Below are positions 1 through 12,700 of a DNA stretch of 64,000 bases, one piece after another (positions within the stretch are counted from its first letter, which is position 1; each line of letters starts with the position of its first letter). Position numbers and translations under genes: made by a program. The notes below the pieces were generated by a model. The model was not told where the DNA came from and searched no databases. It was given only the letters and a program-made list of their open reading frames with translations. The DNA is from Basidiobolus meristosporus CBS 931.73 (lineage: Eukaryota > Fungi > Basidiobolomycota), in contig MCFE01000444.1 in NCBI GenBank assembly GCA_002104905.1, positions 9,784 to 73,783 on the forward strand. Direction: 5' to 3'.

Positions 1-1230
1 CCCCTGCATCCCGCCTACATATCACTGGATGTGCATGGAACTCACGACCAGCCAATCTCCGCCGGTCAGTGCCCGTTGGTAATAAGCAAGGGGAGTGGTC
101 ACGGTCAAGTTTCCCCGACTGGAACCACTGTTGGGTAGGTTCCCACCGATCCTCCATTGACCATCTTAAGGGACGGCAGGGGGGGGGGCTGGGTGAGGTG
201 CATCCAGACCACCTGCGTCATCGGGCGTGCTGGAAATCGGAGCAGAAAATCCGCCGGGGGCCAACCTGGGACCTCGGCCATCTGGGTGGATTTGGCCGTG
301 ACCACTCATGTCAATCGAGCATCAACGCCCGGGATCCGAGCCCCATACAGCCATCATTCGGTTGCTGGTAACACCGTGTAAGTTTGTAATGCCTCCTCAG
401 CCATTAGCCACCAACTACGAGGCGAGGAGTGCAAGCTAAGCTGACCCCTAACACTTGGTGGGAACGGGGTCCACAGGCTGCCGCTGGGTGATCCCCCCTC
501 CAGTCGCAATGCTTGGCAGAATGCACCGTGGCTCCTGCGTCACCACCAGAAGGTTCCGCAGTGGCCACATGCACGAGCGCCGGTGGTCGTTTGCGCAACG
601 AACCACGGCCCAAGCATCACCCATACAAGTGGCCAGGAGGGAGTTGCATGCGACAGAGCCAAAGCTTTCCCTGAAACCATCCCCCTCCCCCATCCGCCCC
701 TTCCCAAGCCTGGCTTGTATCACCCTTTACACCAGATTGGCTTGTCCCCTCCCGCTCTCAAACGGGAGCCCTGTTGGAAACATTCTGGAAGATTCAGTCG
801 GCAGATCCGGTGGAACATAGGGGTGGGGGAGGGGAATCCGGGACCACTCGGACACCACCGAAGATTTGGGTCGCTTCCATTCCAGGACCTACCGAATCCC
901 CTCGATCCCCACCATGGTCGATGTTAGGGATGCCACCGATCGGGCCCCGCACCAAGTCACGACGCATGTGGAAGTCGAGTTGGCTCCACGGCTTGCTTCC
1001 AAGTCAAGCACACGCTGATCTGTCGATTCTGGAAGTGCGAAGGTCACGCTTTGGAGGCCATCGAACACATCACACCATGGTTGGAACTCACTCCGGATGT
1101 CTACCATGAGCGGATCCCAAAATCTCCCTGAGGAGAGCAACCACCAGAATCACTGGTCCCCCAACCGTGCTCTCCCGCAGGCTGGGCGGACCTGCAGAAG
1201 GAACGATGGCCTTTTGGCCCCATCTGCCTG
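1..1230 (+). mobile_element. Probable decayed L1-like non-LTR retrotransposon, post-RT region
   Basis: Frame-broken motifs CIPPTYHWMC (cf. L1-clade LSSIPTYWMS) and GRFPPI...RQGGGLGEV (cf. PKxxGGLG). CpG-rich. No clean ORF. Confidence 0.35.
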
Positions 1231-1479
1231 CAAATCAAACACATTGGTGGATCCAATGCTCAAGAGTTTGGGTGGCACCTGAAGATACCAACCTGCCATT
1301 TCCAGCTCCAGAGAAACCATGTCTATGACATGCTTCCAAGACCATCAAAAAGTGTGAATCCCACTTTTCCATCTAGCCAGTTCTCAAGTGAAATTCAGGG
1401 AATCTACTTGTGCTTCCAATCACTACCAGTTTCTCCAACACTCTCCCAACAGTCTATGGGTCTAGGCCACTGCTCTCCA

Positions 1480-2018
1480 GCATACCTACCACTGCTACCT
1501 GCTGGAATTTCTCCTTTGTCTGAAAAGTTGATTGGTTGACCTACCAAGTCTCAAATGCTAGAATGAAGAGGCCCTTGATATGTTGTTGTAGGGGGGGGGG
1601 AATGTCCTTCTGAAGATGTAGGCAAAGCAGCTTTAAAACACCAGAATAAAGAGCCTAATGTCTTCAACTGCCTTAGCCTTGACATCAGACACAAACTGTT
1701 TACCATGGCTTAAGAGCAGGGATGGCAAAGACCTCCTAAAAGGTGCTGAAAGACATCTAGCAGTCATGTTCAGCCACCAAACAATCCCAACCCTGACAAA
1801 AACTCTGGGCCACAACAATGCTGCAAGGAGACAAAATGAGAAGCCCAATCAACTGAATGATCCTGTTGGTTGATGAGATGAAATCAACTGGAGTGCAAAC
1901 TGCTGAGAAAGTTCTGATGGTTATTCTCATAAATAGTCTGGCAGATGAGTTACAGGGCTATGTATCACCTCTAAAGCCCAGCACAACAGACCTTGTGTTA
2001 AGTCACCTATATGAAAGG
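1480..2018 (+). pseudogene. gag: Copia family B gag relic
   Basis: GECPSEDVGKAALKHQNKE..NVFNCLSLD and ILLVDEMKSTGV..VILINSLADELQG align to the gag at 44636-45200. Stops and frameshifts present. Confidence 0.65.
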
Positions 2019-2160
2019 TGTGGTGAATAGTCACAGGGCAGGGGGTAAGGCAAGGGCTCATCAGGAAAGGAGCAAAGTCTGGTCTAACAAGGCAAGCCAG
2101 GGTACAAGGTAAACTTCTTGTTCAAGCCTAGGCTTATCAGATTAACAGGTACCTGAGGGG
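2019..2160 (+). repeat. LTR-like fragment (family D), second copy at 47155-47294
   Basis: Starts TGTGGTGAATAGTCACAGGGCAGG versus TGTTATGAATAGACACAAGGCAGG at 47155. Both share caaggcaag..cagg..caagg..ttcaag..ttatcaga. Confidence 0.5.
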
Positions 2161-2749
2161 GATGGGACTGCATGGACTACTTGGTAATACTGCAACCAGG
2201 AGATGCTTGCTGATGCACCCTATGAAAAATCAGTCTGATGACCTTGTCAAAAGACCATCACAAAGTTCAAATCCCATGACCAATAGTTAATGACACCATT
2301 AGGACACCATGCAAAAACTGTTGGGAAAAATTGCACCTCAGATTTTGCAGAAAACTTGGTCACAATGTTTCATCACAACAGTCCTCAAGTTGCTTCTGAT
2401 TGGTTCCCTGCCATTTTTCTCACTTTCTGATACCAGACACTCAATTGTCTTCTGAATGTGTGTACATTGATTGGCATTGCCTTTTTTTGCACCTCTTACT
2501 TATTGACTCAACTGATGCTCTTACTTTTGATGCATTCAAACTGGTTAATTTCTGATGAATCTTTGGGTGTTACTTGATTGTAAACTGGATGGATGTACAC
2601 AAGTCCCCATACACAATGCTGACATTGATCCATACCACATACCTAACAAGTAACTCTACTAAGACCCATCACTCACCATGTGTCTTAGCCTTGACATTCT
2701 TTGTGCATATCTTTGGCAGGAGCCCTGTGGCTTTCCCTATAGTAAGAAT

Positions 2750-3335
2750 CTGTTCCCACAGGTGGATCCACTCCACATCAACCACAAGGGTTTTGCAATG
2801 AGGCTGCCCTAATGCCTGCAGCTTGATATTCTTGACCCTTCTTGTGATCCAATGGTTTGACTGAGACAATATTTTGCTGTTTTTACTGCCAAATATTGTG
2901 ATAAATGTGACAGTGTTTTGGCAAGGTTTGCATGCCATTACAGTGATCCTAATGTGGTCTGCATGTATTTGTGCTGACCTAACTGGCCAATGAATGTGGT
3001 TGCCTTATATAGTAGAAGGTTTAACAGTGACTTGGCAACCTTTGTGCAGATCTCTTGTGGCATTGTCATGGCAGTATAATGGCCTACAGCCAGTCCTGTA
3101 CAATGCTACCATACCACTGTACCAAATTGTGTTTCACTTCTCTACCTCCCCTTGTGCCATTCATAGATTCTACTGCAGAATCATGCCTCTTTATTTGCTT
3201 ACCCACTACTACCACAGATATTTCATACTCATATTTTGAGTCAAAAAGTACTGTGGCCTCCTGCTTACTAACCTCTGCATATGCATACACCTGAGGCAAT
3301 TGATAAACATCTATCACCTCAACTTTATAACTCCT
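2750..3335. repeat. ~600-bp non-coding dispersed repeat, copy 1
   Basis: GTGGATCC start and ataatgctaccatacca..taccaaat..ctacctcccctt core, shared with 55370-56194, 56245-56851 and 63525-64000. Confidence 0.6.
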
Positions 3336-3592
3336 AAATATCAATACTTTGGTAATAGGCTAGGCCAATCTGATTCATGCACCAAGTTGAGTTGTGCAAC
3401 TTGATCTAATCTTGATAAGGCATCAGCAACCGTGTTGTTTTTTCCAGGACAGTAGACAATCTCCAGGTCAAATTGCTGAATGTATTCACTCCATCTTGTC
3501 ATTCTTCTAGAGAGTACCTTCTGAGTAAATATATACTTGAGGGAGGCATGATCAGTCTTCACAGTGCATTTGACTCCTTCAATATAGCATCT

Positions 3593-4891
3593 TCATGTCT
3601 TCAAACAGTGTACTATAGCAAGCATCTCCTTCTCATGGACTGGATAGTTTTGTACTGCTGAGTTCAGTTTCTTGGATTCAAAGGCAACAGGGTAGTCCTT
3701 TCCCTCATGTTCTTGGCTCAACACTCCACCAATTGCATAATCTGAAGCATCTGTGTAGAGAGTGAACTCTTTTCTGAAGTCTGGTATTCCTAAGCTTGGC
3801 AGCTTAGCAAGTTCATTCTTGAATGTCTGGAAGGCAGTCTCACAAGCTATGTCCCACTTGTAGGTATTGTCTTTCTTGAGGATATCAGTTAAAGGGGCTG
3901 CAATACTTGCAAAAGACTTGACAAATCTCCAATAATAGGAAAACATTCCAAGGAATGATCTGAGTTCTGATATGCTATGGGGCTGCTTCAAATTCTTGAT
4001 AACTTCAACCGTCTTAGGGTCTAAGGTCACTCCGGTGCTAGTCACTGTGTGTCCCAGGTAGTCAACGTGTTTCTTGAAGAATTTACACTTGGCTAGCTTG
4101 CCATATAGCTTGTTCTCTCTTAGTTTCTTCAAGACCTTTTCAATGTGCACCATGTGATCCTCTTCTGTCTTGCTGTATATCAATATGTCATCCAGATAGA
4201 TTATCACAAGCTTGTCTAAGTACTCCTGAAAGATGGTCTGCATCAGCGTCATGAATGTTGCAGGGGCATTAGTGAGGCCAAAACTCATGACCAAGTACTT
4301 GTAATGTCCATATCTGGTCCTGAATGCTGTCTTAGGGATATCTTCTGGTTTCACCCTAATCTGGTTGTATCCTGACATGAGGTCAATCTTGCTGAAAATA
4401 GTGGCTCCATTAGGTTGGTCCAAAAGCTCATCAATCCAAGGTATGGGGTACTTATTCTTGACGGTAACTGAGTTCAGGGCTCTGTAATCAATGCACATCC
4501 TAAGTGTTCCATCCTTCTTTTTCTCAAAAAGCACTGGTGCTCCCCAGGGTGACTTGCTGGGCCTGATGTATCCTTGCTCCAATAGCTGATCAATTTGTCT
4601 CTTCATTTCCTCCAATTCCAATGGGCTCATTCTGCAAGGTGTCTTGCTCACTGGAGGGCTATCTCCAGTGTCAATGGCATGATCCACATCTCTGACTGGT
4701 AGTAGGCTTACAAGCTCATCTGGAAACACATCTGAGTATTTCTTCAAGAGAGTCTGAACCTGCTGGGGTGCTGGGGTAGAGGAATCCTCCTGTAATACCG
4801 CCATGAGGAACATCTCAGTACCTTTTCTAAGTGCTCTACAGAACTGGGTCATGCTAAGTTCACTTGTCTCACACATACTGGAATTGACCAA
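3593..4891 (-). pseudogene. pol: Gypsy reverse transcriptase-RNase H; continues out of frame at 3341-3562
   Basis: [74 protein letters not shown]; the downstream piece has TDHASLKY..NTVADALSR. Confidence 0.95.
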
Positions 4892-5139
4892 GTTGAAATC
4901 CAGCCTGGCAGGTAATAGCTCATAGGTCTTGTTGTTCTTTTGGAGCTGAGTAGCATGGGTTCTCCAGTTGATTGATGGATTACAACAAAATAGCCAGGTT
5001 TTCCAAGTACAAGGTCAAACTTGCAGTTCCCAAATATATAAGCCTGTAGGTCTTCTTCATAGTCATTGATCTTCATTCTTACTGGCTGAGTAATACGGTT
5101 GATTATGTGAGAGTTGCCATCAGTTGTTGAGACTGAAGT

Positions 5140-6234
5140 TTATTTGGTAGGTTCTGAGTTGATTCCAGCTTTCAGAGCAAATTGCTCTGACATGTACTCA
5201 TGCAATGCTCCTGAGTCAATCATGATCTTGGCAGGTACTCCATTGATTACTCCATTCAGGTATAATAGCTTTCCTGAGTTTGAGGTCATGTGGGATAGGT
5301 ATTCTTCTGTCATATGGAAGGTGAGTTCTGAGTCTTCTTCAAGCTCATCCTTCATGTTACTATGCTCCATGGCCTCAATACGGTTAAAGGTTCTTGATGG
5401 CTGGTGTCCATTTCTTCTCTGAGGGCAGTACTTTGCAATATGTCCTTGCTGGTAGCAATTGAAGCAAAGTCCTTTCTTCTTACATTCTTCCAAGGCAGGA
5501 TTCTTCTGCATAGCATCTATTTCCATTGGTACTGCTTCTGACTGTCTTCTTTCATAATGATTGTAACCTTTCTGATTAGTCACTGTAGGCTTCCCAACTC
5601 CAAACATAGCTGAGTCATAGTCAATGGCAATCTTGATGGCTTCTTCAATAGTCTGAGGTCTTCAATAATTCACTTCCTTGCAAGTTCTTTCTTTTAACCT
5701 ATCAATAAAGTATTCAACTTGATCCAGGGGGTCCATTCTTTCAATTTGTCCAAGTAGACATCTGTACTCATAGATGTATTCTTGAATCATTCCTTTCTGT
5801 CTGAGTGTCTTTAACTTCCTTCTTAGTAGTGTCTGCTGGTGTGGAGGTTCAAAAGCATCCTGAATTTCCAACACAAACTCATCCCAGGTAGAGATAGTAG
5901 AGCATCCCATCATAGTGGCTGACCTGATCTTGTTGTGGTACCACTGTAAAGCTGCATCTGCCAGGTAAGAAGCTGCATAATGCAACTTGCTTTCTGGAGC
6001 AATTCCTTTAGCTTTGAAAGCTTCTTCAATCTGAAAGAGCCAAGTCCCCAGGTTTTCATTGACTCTGCCATGGTACCAGTTGACCTTCACACTAAAGTTG
6101 CTCTTGACAGGGCTTTGCTGGCTCTGAGCCATGGTAGTCATTCCTTGTTGCTGTTGGCTGAGGATCTGGAGTAAATGTTGCTGTTGGGCCAGGATTTGCT
6201 GCATGGCAATCTTCCATTCTTGATTGTCCAACAT
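5140..6234 (-). pseudogene. gag: Gypsy gag + zinc knuckle + aspartic protease, in-frame TGA at 5662-5664
   Basis: Retrotrans-gag-like WLFQIEEAF..AASYLADAALQWY, CFNCYQQGHIAKYC and IMIDSGA. The ORFs at 5662-6234 and 5140-5607 share one frame. Confidence 0.92.
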
Positions 6235-6281
6235 CTTGAGGGTGGTTTCTTCTTTCTTCAGGAGGGAGGTTTCCGGTATTT

Positions 6282-6291
6282 GCTGCTACCA
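6282..6291 (-). promoter_or_regulatory. Primer-binding site TGGTAGCAGC (tRNA 3' acceptor end, probably initiator Met)
   Basis: Lies 1 nt inside the LTR end; same sequence at 16767-16776. Complement GCUGCU-A-CCA fits an A1:U72 initiator tRNA. Confidence 0.8.
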
Positions 6292-6292
6292 A

Positions 6293-6659
6293 TGTTACAA
6301 GTCTTTGTATAAGAGTTGTAGAGGAATAGGGAGTTTAGCTAGTATTGTATTCACTAAAACTTGAACTGATTTTTATTGAGGTTCCAGCAGCTCCTTATAT
6401 ACATTTTGCCAGATCAATTGCTGACTAATTGTATTTCCTAATGTAGGTTGTGGCTGATGACTCATTTGACTGCATCATCATCACCCAATAAGATCCTACT
6501 TAATATATCTATTTCTGTCTGATAAGGATCTGCTGATTCATTTGCTGACTAATGCTACTGATTTCATAGATAATACTGATATACTGATAACCTAAACATA
6601 TACTAATTGATTTGACTAAAACTGATCTAACTTAAACATTCAAGCGGCAGATCATAATA
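6293..6659 (-). repeat. Gypsy 5' LTR, copy 1
   Basis: TGTTAC...ATAATA, 367 bp; homologous to 16778-17146, 33735-34102 and 30942-31295. Confidence 0.9.
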
Positions 6660-6664
6660 TCCTG

Positions 6665-7620
6665 TTATCAAGGAATTTAATTACAAAGGTTTTCATAGGT
6701 GACACTACAACACTTGGTGCAGATTGAGAGGGAACTCTCCAAGCAAGCCTCAGAAGCAGCAAAGGAGCTACACACTTACCTTCAAAGAAGTACTCTATGT
6801 ACCCAGAATAGTGAAGAACCTGCCATCTTTCTGCAGGGCCACAGCAGAAGGACTCAGTTTCAGCTTTGATAATTCTGGATGTGGGATGGCAAATCAAGAT
6901 GATGCTCATATTGTTTTGGGTATCAGAGATCAGAGTTTAAGCATGTTTACTTATATTCCGGCATATCTGGAAGCCAATTGTAGTAACTTAACCAATGGAA
7001 TGCCAATGCTTTGGCATGGGGATTTGAGCAGATCAAATAAGAATATACATGTAAAATCATCCAAGATCAGCCAATTTCCAGAGTGCCAATAGATTCTGCG
7101 GGTAATTTAAATCACTGCAAGGCCTGCATATAGGGGGAACAGACCAGATATACCACTCAAGAGCTTGGGGCTAATCAAACCAAAAAAAATCAGATCTAAT
7201 TCACTTGGCACTGTGTGGATCTTTGCAAAAATGATCCCTTGCAGGATGAAGTATTTAATCACTCTAATTGCCATTTATACAAGATAAATATGGGTCCACT
7301 TCCTGGGGAGAAATGAAGAAGCCCTGCTTAGATCCAGGAGCTTATAGCAATGGTAGAGAGAGAAACTGGTGAAAAAATTAAGAAAATATGTTCGGACATT
7401 GGTGAAGAAAATACCTCAAACTCTTAAGCCACAACTGCAAAATTCATGGGATAAGGCAAGAAACTATAGAGACATATTACCCAAAGTAAGATCAAGTGTT
7501 ACAATGTGCAAGCTGAGCAAAAATTGATATGGTAAGATCCATGCTCCATGATCAAAAATCATTCTATGACTTTTGGGGGGTGTCAGTTCCTACAACTGTA
7601 TATACTAAAAATAGCAGTTA
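6665..7620 (+). pseudogene. Copia family B protease-tail/integrase relic
   Basis: Aligns to 45400-46400 (LTFKEVLYVP, GLSFSFDNSGC, MLWH.., HCKACI). Heavily mutated. Confidence 0.7.
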
Positions 7621-9660
7621 TAGCAGAATAACCCATGATTCTACTGCATTTTAGGAATGGCATGAATATTTCTGCAATGCCAACATATGACTCCCAATGC
7701 TTCCAGTGTACTCTAGGAAGAAGTTGCTACTGTAGGCCACTTGAATAAATACATGTCCACCTTGTGCAGTCCTTGCATTTGTGGCATTGCACATGAGCAA
7801 GATTACTGAATGGAGCTTGTGAGAAATACTTTAGGCAATAGATACTCAGTAATGACTTATTACTTTGCTGATATTTCTCCAGCATTTTAAAGTGCTCATC
7901 TAGCTTGAAATGCATCATGTACAAATTGGTCATTAGCATAGAGATACTGTTGAAGAGCAAATGCATTGCTCTCAGTGAATAGCTTTTGCTCCTGCTGAAT
8001 CTCTCTACCTTTTGCATCTCAGGTTTTTGATTAATGCCATGTTCTAGTCAATGGCTTATTGCTTGCCAGCTTTAATGCAACTGCATGCTGCATTTTGCAT
8101 GTTTGCTGCATGGGAAGATGAAGTGCTTAGTGTTGGTATTTAGATAATAACAAGGTGTGTGAATTATGGAGTAAATACTCTGGATCTTACACATTTGACA
8201 GCAATACCATCCATTATGCCCAGAAAAGCCAGTTATCTAGCTGATGGCTGGGATATCTCTAGTGCAGATAATATTATGCACTTTAACATGACAGCTATTC
8301 ACTGCTATCCTGCCCAATAGCATACAAAGCTCATCCAGCAATGCATATAGGTTGCATTTCAGGTTCAACAGTTATTGAGACCCAGATATCATTGAGACTA
8401 TTAGATCCTTGCTCTGGTGCCATAAGATTGGCAGCAGATTTGAGGTTGAAGAGAATCATTGGCCAACAGAGTTTACTAACAGAGTAGCTATTCAGTGAGA
8501 GCCACAAAGTGCCAAGGCAAAGGCATAATAGTACATACCTTCAAAGTAGTACTTGCTTCTTGGTTGTTTTTGATGTTTGCCATCAAAAATTTTGGAAATG
8601 TGTGCACTTGATTCCACTGGCCATGGTACTTTATAGCTCACAGTATCTGTTGGACTGCATGAACTTCCTCAAGCAGGGAGCTACTGGAATATATCTGGAG
8701 TGTGAGTAATGTTTTCTTCCTATGGTGGTGGATCCCTGAGAAGTTGAACTCCTGTATGATGGTTTTCCATTTGTGCTAAGTAAAGGGTAAGATGCATCCT
8801 GGAATGATTTTGGTAAGAAGCAGCAGTAAATTCTCAAAGCCCCTATTACTGATATTAGTGGAAGTACACCACTTCTGTAGCCACAACTTCCAGGCTACCA
8901 CTCTGCTGGCCACATTCAGAAGGCTGAGGTTGTTGCAATATTCTGAGGAGTATTGGAAGTGATGTGGAGAACTAGAGGATTTACATATTATTCACTTGTA
9001 GATTTATTGATCAAAAGTATGGTATTTATACTTCTGATAGAGTCAAGAAAAGAAACATGCAAAGTTTGCTAAGGAAGGTCACAAGAGTATGTGCGCAAAG
9101 TTTGGGGTCTTTTGGACAACTTTGAGAAAAATAATAATCTGCATACCTGACAATTTGGTGAAAATATTCTAAGTAAATCCCAACAAGAGATCTGGTCAGG
9201 ACAGAATGCTAATCACAGTATAAGATCTATGTTACTAAGTTAGCATTAATATTCAGGTGACAACTCAATAATTACAACAGAGGTGAGCTAAGCAGTGTTG
9301 CAATTCACCCACATTGGTCTGTGCAAGGTAACAAGTACAGCTGGGTACTATTATAGCAGTTTTAAGTGGCCAGCAAGATATTGCTGTCACAATAGTGAGT
9401 GATGTATGCTCAAATATAACTTGTGTGACAAAACGCTGGCCATGCTCCTTGCAGCACATCATATGCTGCCCGCATGCTTCATGGCAGAGAGGCTTGCTAC
9501 AATAGTCACATGGTGGCTTTTCCCTTCTCCAATGGAATTGTAGAGGGGTCATAGTGACACCCAGTAGCAGATGTACCAATTCCCATATTTTTTGCTTCCA
9601 TATTTTTCTAATACCCTTATTTAGTTTTGTCCCATATGATGAGTAAATCAAATAAGATGG
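7620..9660 (-). mobile_element. CACTA/CMC-EnSpm transposase relic, interrupted by a solo LTR
   Basis: Minus-strand reads KIFDGKH..FALAL, KLCWPMILFNL and ALLDEL..RDIPAIS*ITGFSGHNGWYCCQMCKIQ, typical of Transposase_21 (tnp2). Confidence 0.75.
8931..9279 (-). repeat. Solo LTR (copia family B-like, diverged) with 5-bp TSD GAGGT
   Basis: TGTTG...CAACA, 349 bp; GAGGT at 8926-8930 and 9280-9284; shares family B LTR motifs. Confidence 0.78.
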
Positions 9661-9749
9661 CTAACTATGATATCTGCTTATTTATTGCATAGGTTATGCT
9701 ACACTTCATATAAGATTGCTAGATGTAAGTACTTATATAATGAACCAAT

Positions 9750-12700
9750 ACCTGTGCCAGGACCTTTGACACATGATCAAACTGTGTTGCCATCCCTACC
9801 ATTTTTATTCTATGTATAGTGTCACTATGTTACACAGGTCTCTGACTACTGAATGCTGATTGATTGGATGTTCTGTGCCTCTAATAACCTTCTAACATCT
9901 ACATTCCTGGTGCATTTTGATGCCATCAAGATTCTTACTGACTTCAAGACCTTGTGTAACACCATGATTAGTAATTACTCAGCCAGTGAAAGAAGTATGT
10001 GAGGGAGGCAATCCCTCAGCAGTAAATCATCATCCCGTTTATCAATATACCTACTTGTTGATCAGTGTGTGCAGTGCTACCTGCTGCTATCTGAACCCCC
10101 AATTCTAGACTATAGGACACTCCCAGGAAACTGTGCTGACATCCAAATGACCTTGGAGGCACTACTTTTGAGGAATACTTACAGTAGTTATCCTTTATTA
10201 GACTTGATTCGTTCCAAAGTTTGTTCTTGCTCAGGCAAAAGTACTCTTCTGGCTTTATAAATATTGACTGCAGTCACATTCATATCAAGTTCCTGCTAGT
10301 GTAGTTCACAGTTGTTTTGACCTGGGAAGCTTCAGTACATTGTCATCCCAAAGGATGCTGAACCCAGCACATACTTTTGTTAGGATGCCAAATAAGTTAG
10401 CAACTACAGCTCAATAGTTCTCCCTTGAAAAGCTTATGGCCTTATGCCCCTTCATACTAGAATAGCAACAGAATCCAAGTGTTCCTAGGAAGCTTTTGCC
10501 AGAGGTTATCACATCCAGTGAGCACACCACACACAAAACACTTGAGAAGTGTTGTACATATTTCTCCCTATAGCTAATACACCACCACAGTGCTAAATCA
10601 GAGTAGACTGTCTCACAGGGCATAAGAACAGTTGGACAACGCCTTGTTCTAACATCCAGTGCAACAAGTAGTGTTACAATCAACAAAGGCCATGCTGACT
10701 GTATTTCCACTCAAGGTGAGAGCTCAGACTCCTCAAACTCTCTGTTAAGTAGGCAACTAAGAATTGCAATGGTGCTGCAAGCCCATCATAATGTGCAGGC
10801 CAATGAGAGTGAAGCAAACTTAACACCTCTGGTAGAAGACCAGCAACTGATGGTCATAACATCACCACTACCAGTATCAGCAAGTATGTTGTTAGCTCCT
10901 ATCAAAGCAAAAATGAGACAATTAGCTACAGTGGCTGATAGGCAAGATGGGATGGCCTAGAGAAGTCAGAAAATAGTCCAAAGTCTGGAAGAGCTGCTAA
11001 TACATGCAGCACAGTCAATATCATATGTAGAAAGTGCAATATCTAGGAAGCAAAAATGGAACTCCAATAGCTCAGTTTCTCAGCCAAGAATTGAGCCAAT
11101 TCACATTTATGCAGTAGGGGGACACCATACAGTCTTTGCAGCATACCTACAGTGCTCAAAGATAAAGCCCACAGAAAAACCTATAACAGCATTGGAAGGA
11201 GAGGCTGTGATCTCTAACCCCAGCCTGAAAATCAAAAGACGTTGCAGATTGGTGAAGCTGCTGGGGGCAATGATAAAGAGTAGGCAAATATTCAAGAGGC
11301 TGTTGAGAGCCTAGCACAACATCATCATAAGGCCATTATGTCATGAGATCATTAAGATCTCAAGGTCAAGTAGAATGCACTTGATATACTCCATGGGCAT
11401 TTTACTGGACTTAATCAAGCAAATGGACTTTGGACCAGCAATAGTATACTAAAAGAGCATTTCAAGAATAGCTAAAACTATCAAAGGCAGAATAATAAGG
11501 GTGCCACAGTCAAAACCCAGCAGCTTCCTCAAGAACTTGTCATAGGCATAGCTGAAAGGTCCAAACAAGCAGCAAACAGCATCAGGCAACTAGAGAAGTG
11601 CTGGTAAGGGGCATTTGGGCAGAAAGAGATACATCAGTGCTGCATTTATCAAGGAAAGCACATAGTTCTACACAAGAAGCACTCATTGATAGTAGCAGTG
11701 AAGGTCCTGGCAGCAATGTAAACCAGCAGCTTACTCAGGAGCCACTCACCAGCAGAGCTGGAGCCTTCAAGCTCAAGAGAAGCAAACACTATCAAAGACA
11801 GCAGAACAATGGTGCCATGGTTCCAAACCAGTAGCTTGCTTAAGAGCATGTCTCAAGCAGGGCCAAAAATTCCAAACAAGCTGCAGGGAAACCTCAGGCT
11901 ACCAGGAGAGTGCTTCCAATAGACAAGCAGACAAAAACAGATGCAACAGCGCAGCATTATTTAAGGAGAAAGCAAAGTACAATACAACAAGCACTCATTC
12001 AAAGTAGCGGTGAAAGACTTGGCATTTATAATGATAAAGACAAAGGTAAAAAGAAAAAAGTCTACCCAAGCCTCAATCAGGGAAGCATGTGAAAAGAGCT
12101 GCTGTTCTCACCAAGGAACACTGTTAGCCCAGAATAGGCTGAATCCAATCCTAGCCAAGAAGATTTACCAACAAGACAAATGCTATTTTGTAAAGAGTTG
12201 GAAGTGCAGCCAGTTAAGCTACACTCCAGTGAGGTAGATGTGCTTGCAGAGAAAAGCAGTTCATTTACCATAGCCTCTATATCTTCCATTTTAGACAGAG
12301 TGGAGATCTCACTGACAGACAATGCAATAATGTCAAGAACTCAAAAGACCATCACAATGCCTATAGTGGATTTATGGAACATCAATAGGCACACCAAGAG
12401 GTTGTATCATTGCTTCAAGAGCAGGCCCAATCCAAGCAGTGAGTCCAGAACAGACTGAATCCTATCATTGCCAAGAAAAATTGCCAACAAGAAAACAGTT
12501 GTGTTCATAAGAGTTGGAAGCACAGCCAGTTGCACTACACTCCAGTAAGGTAGTTGAGTCTGTAGAGAAAGGCAGTTTGTCCACCACAGCCTCTTTGTAC
12601 TTCATTGTTGATAGATTGGAGATCTGACTGACAGACAAAGTAACAATGTCAAGAACTTAAGAGGTTATTGCAATGCCTTCAGTGGAGTTTTGGAACATTA

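Larger units (their letters stand above)
3340..6659 (-). mobile_element. Ty3/gypsy LTR retrotransposon, copy 1; 5' LTR to RNase H, lacking integrase and 3' LTR
   Basis: Order is LTR, PBS, gag, CCHC knuckle, DSG protease, RT (YLDD), RNase H. Near-identical to 14490-17146. Confidence 0.95.

Noticed and set aside
4980-5010. Programmed -1 frameshift between gypsy protease and RT
   Set aside because: There is no canonical X XXY YYZ heptamer in frame, and the shift falls inside the conserved LGxPWL protease terminus. A shared 1-nt deletion is simpler.
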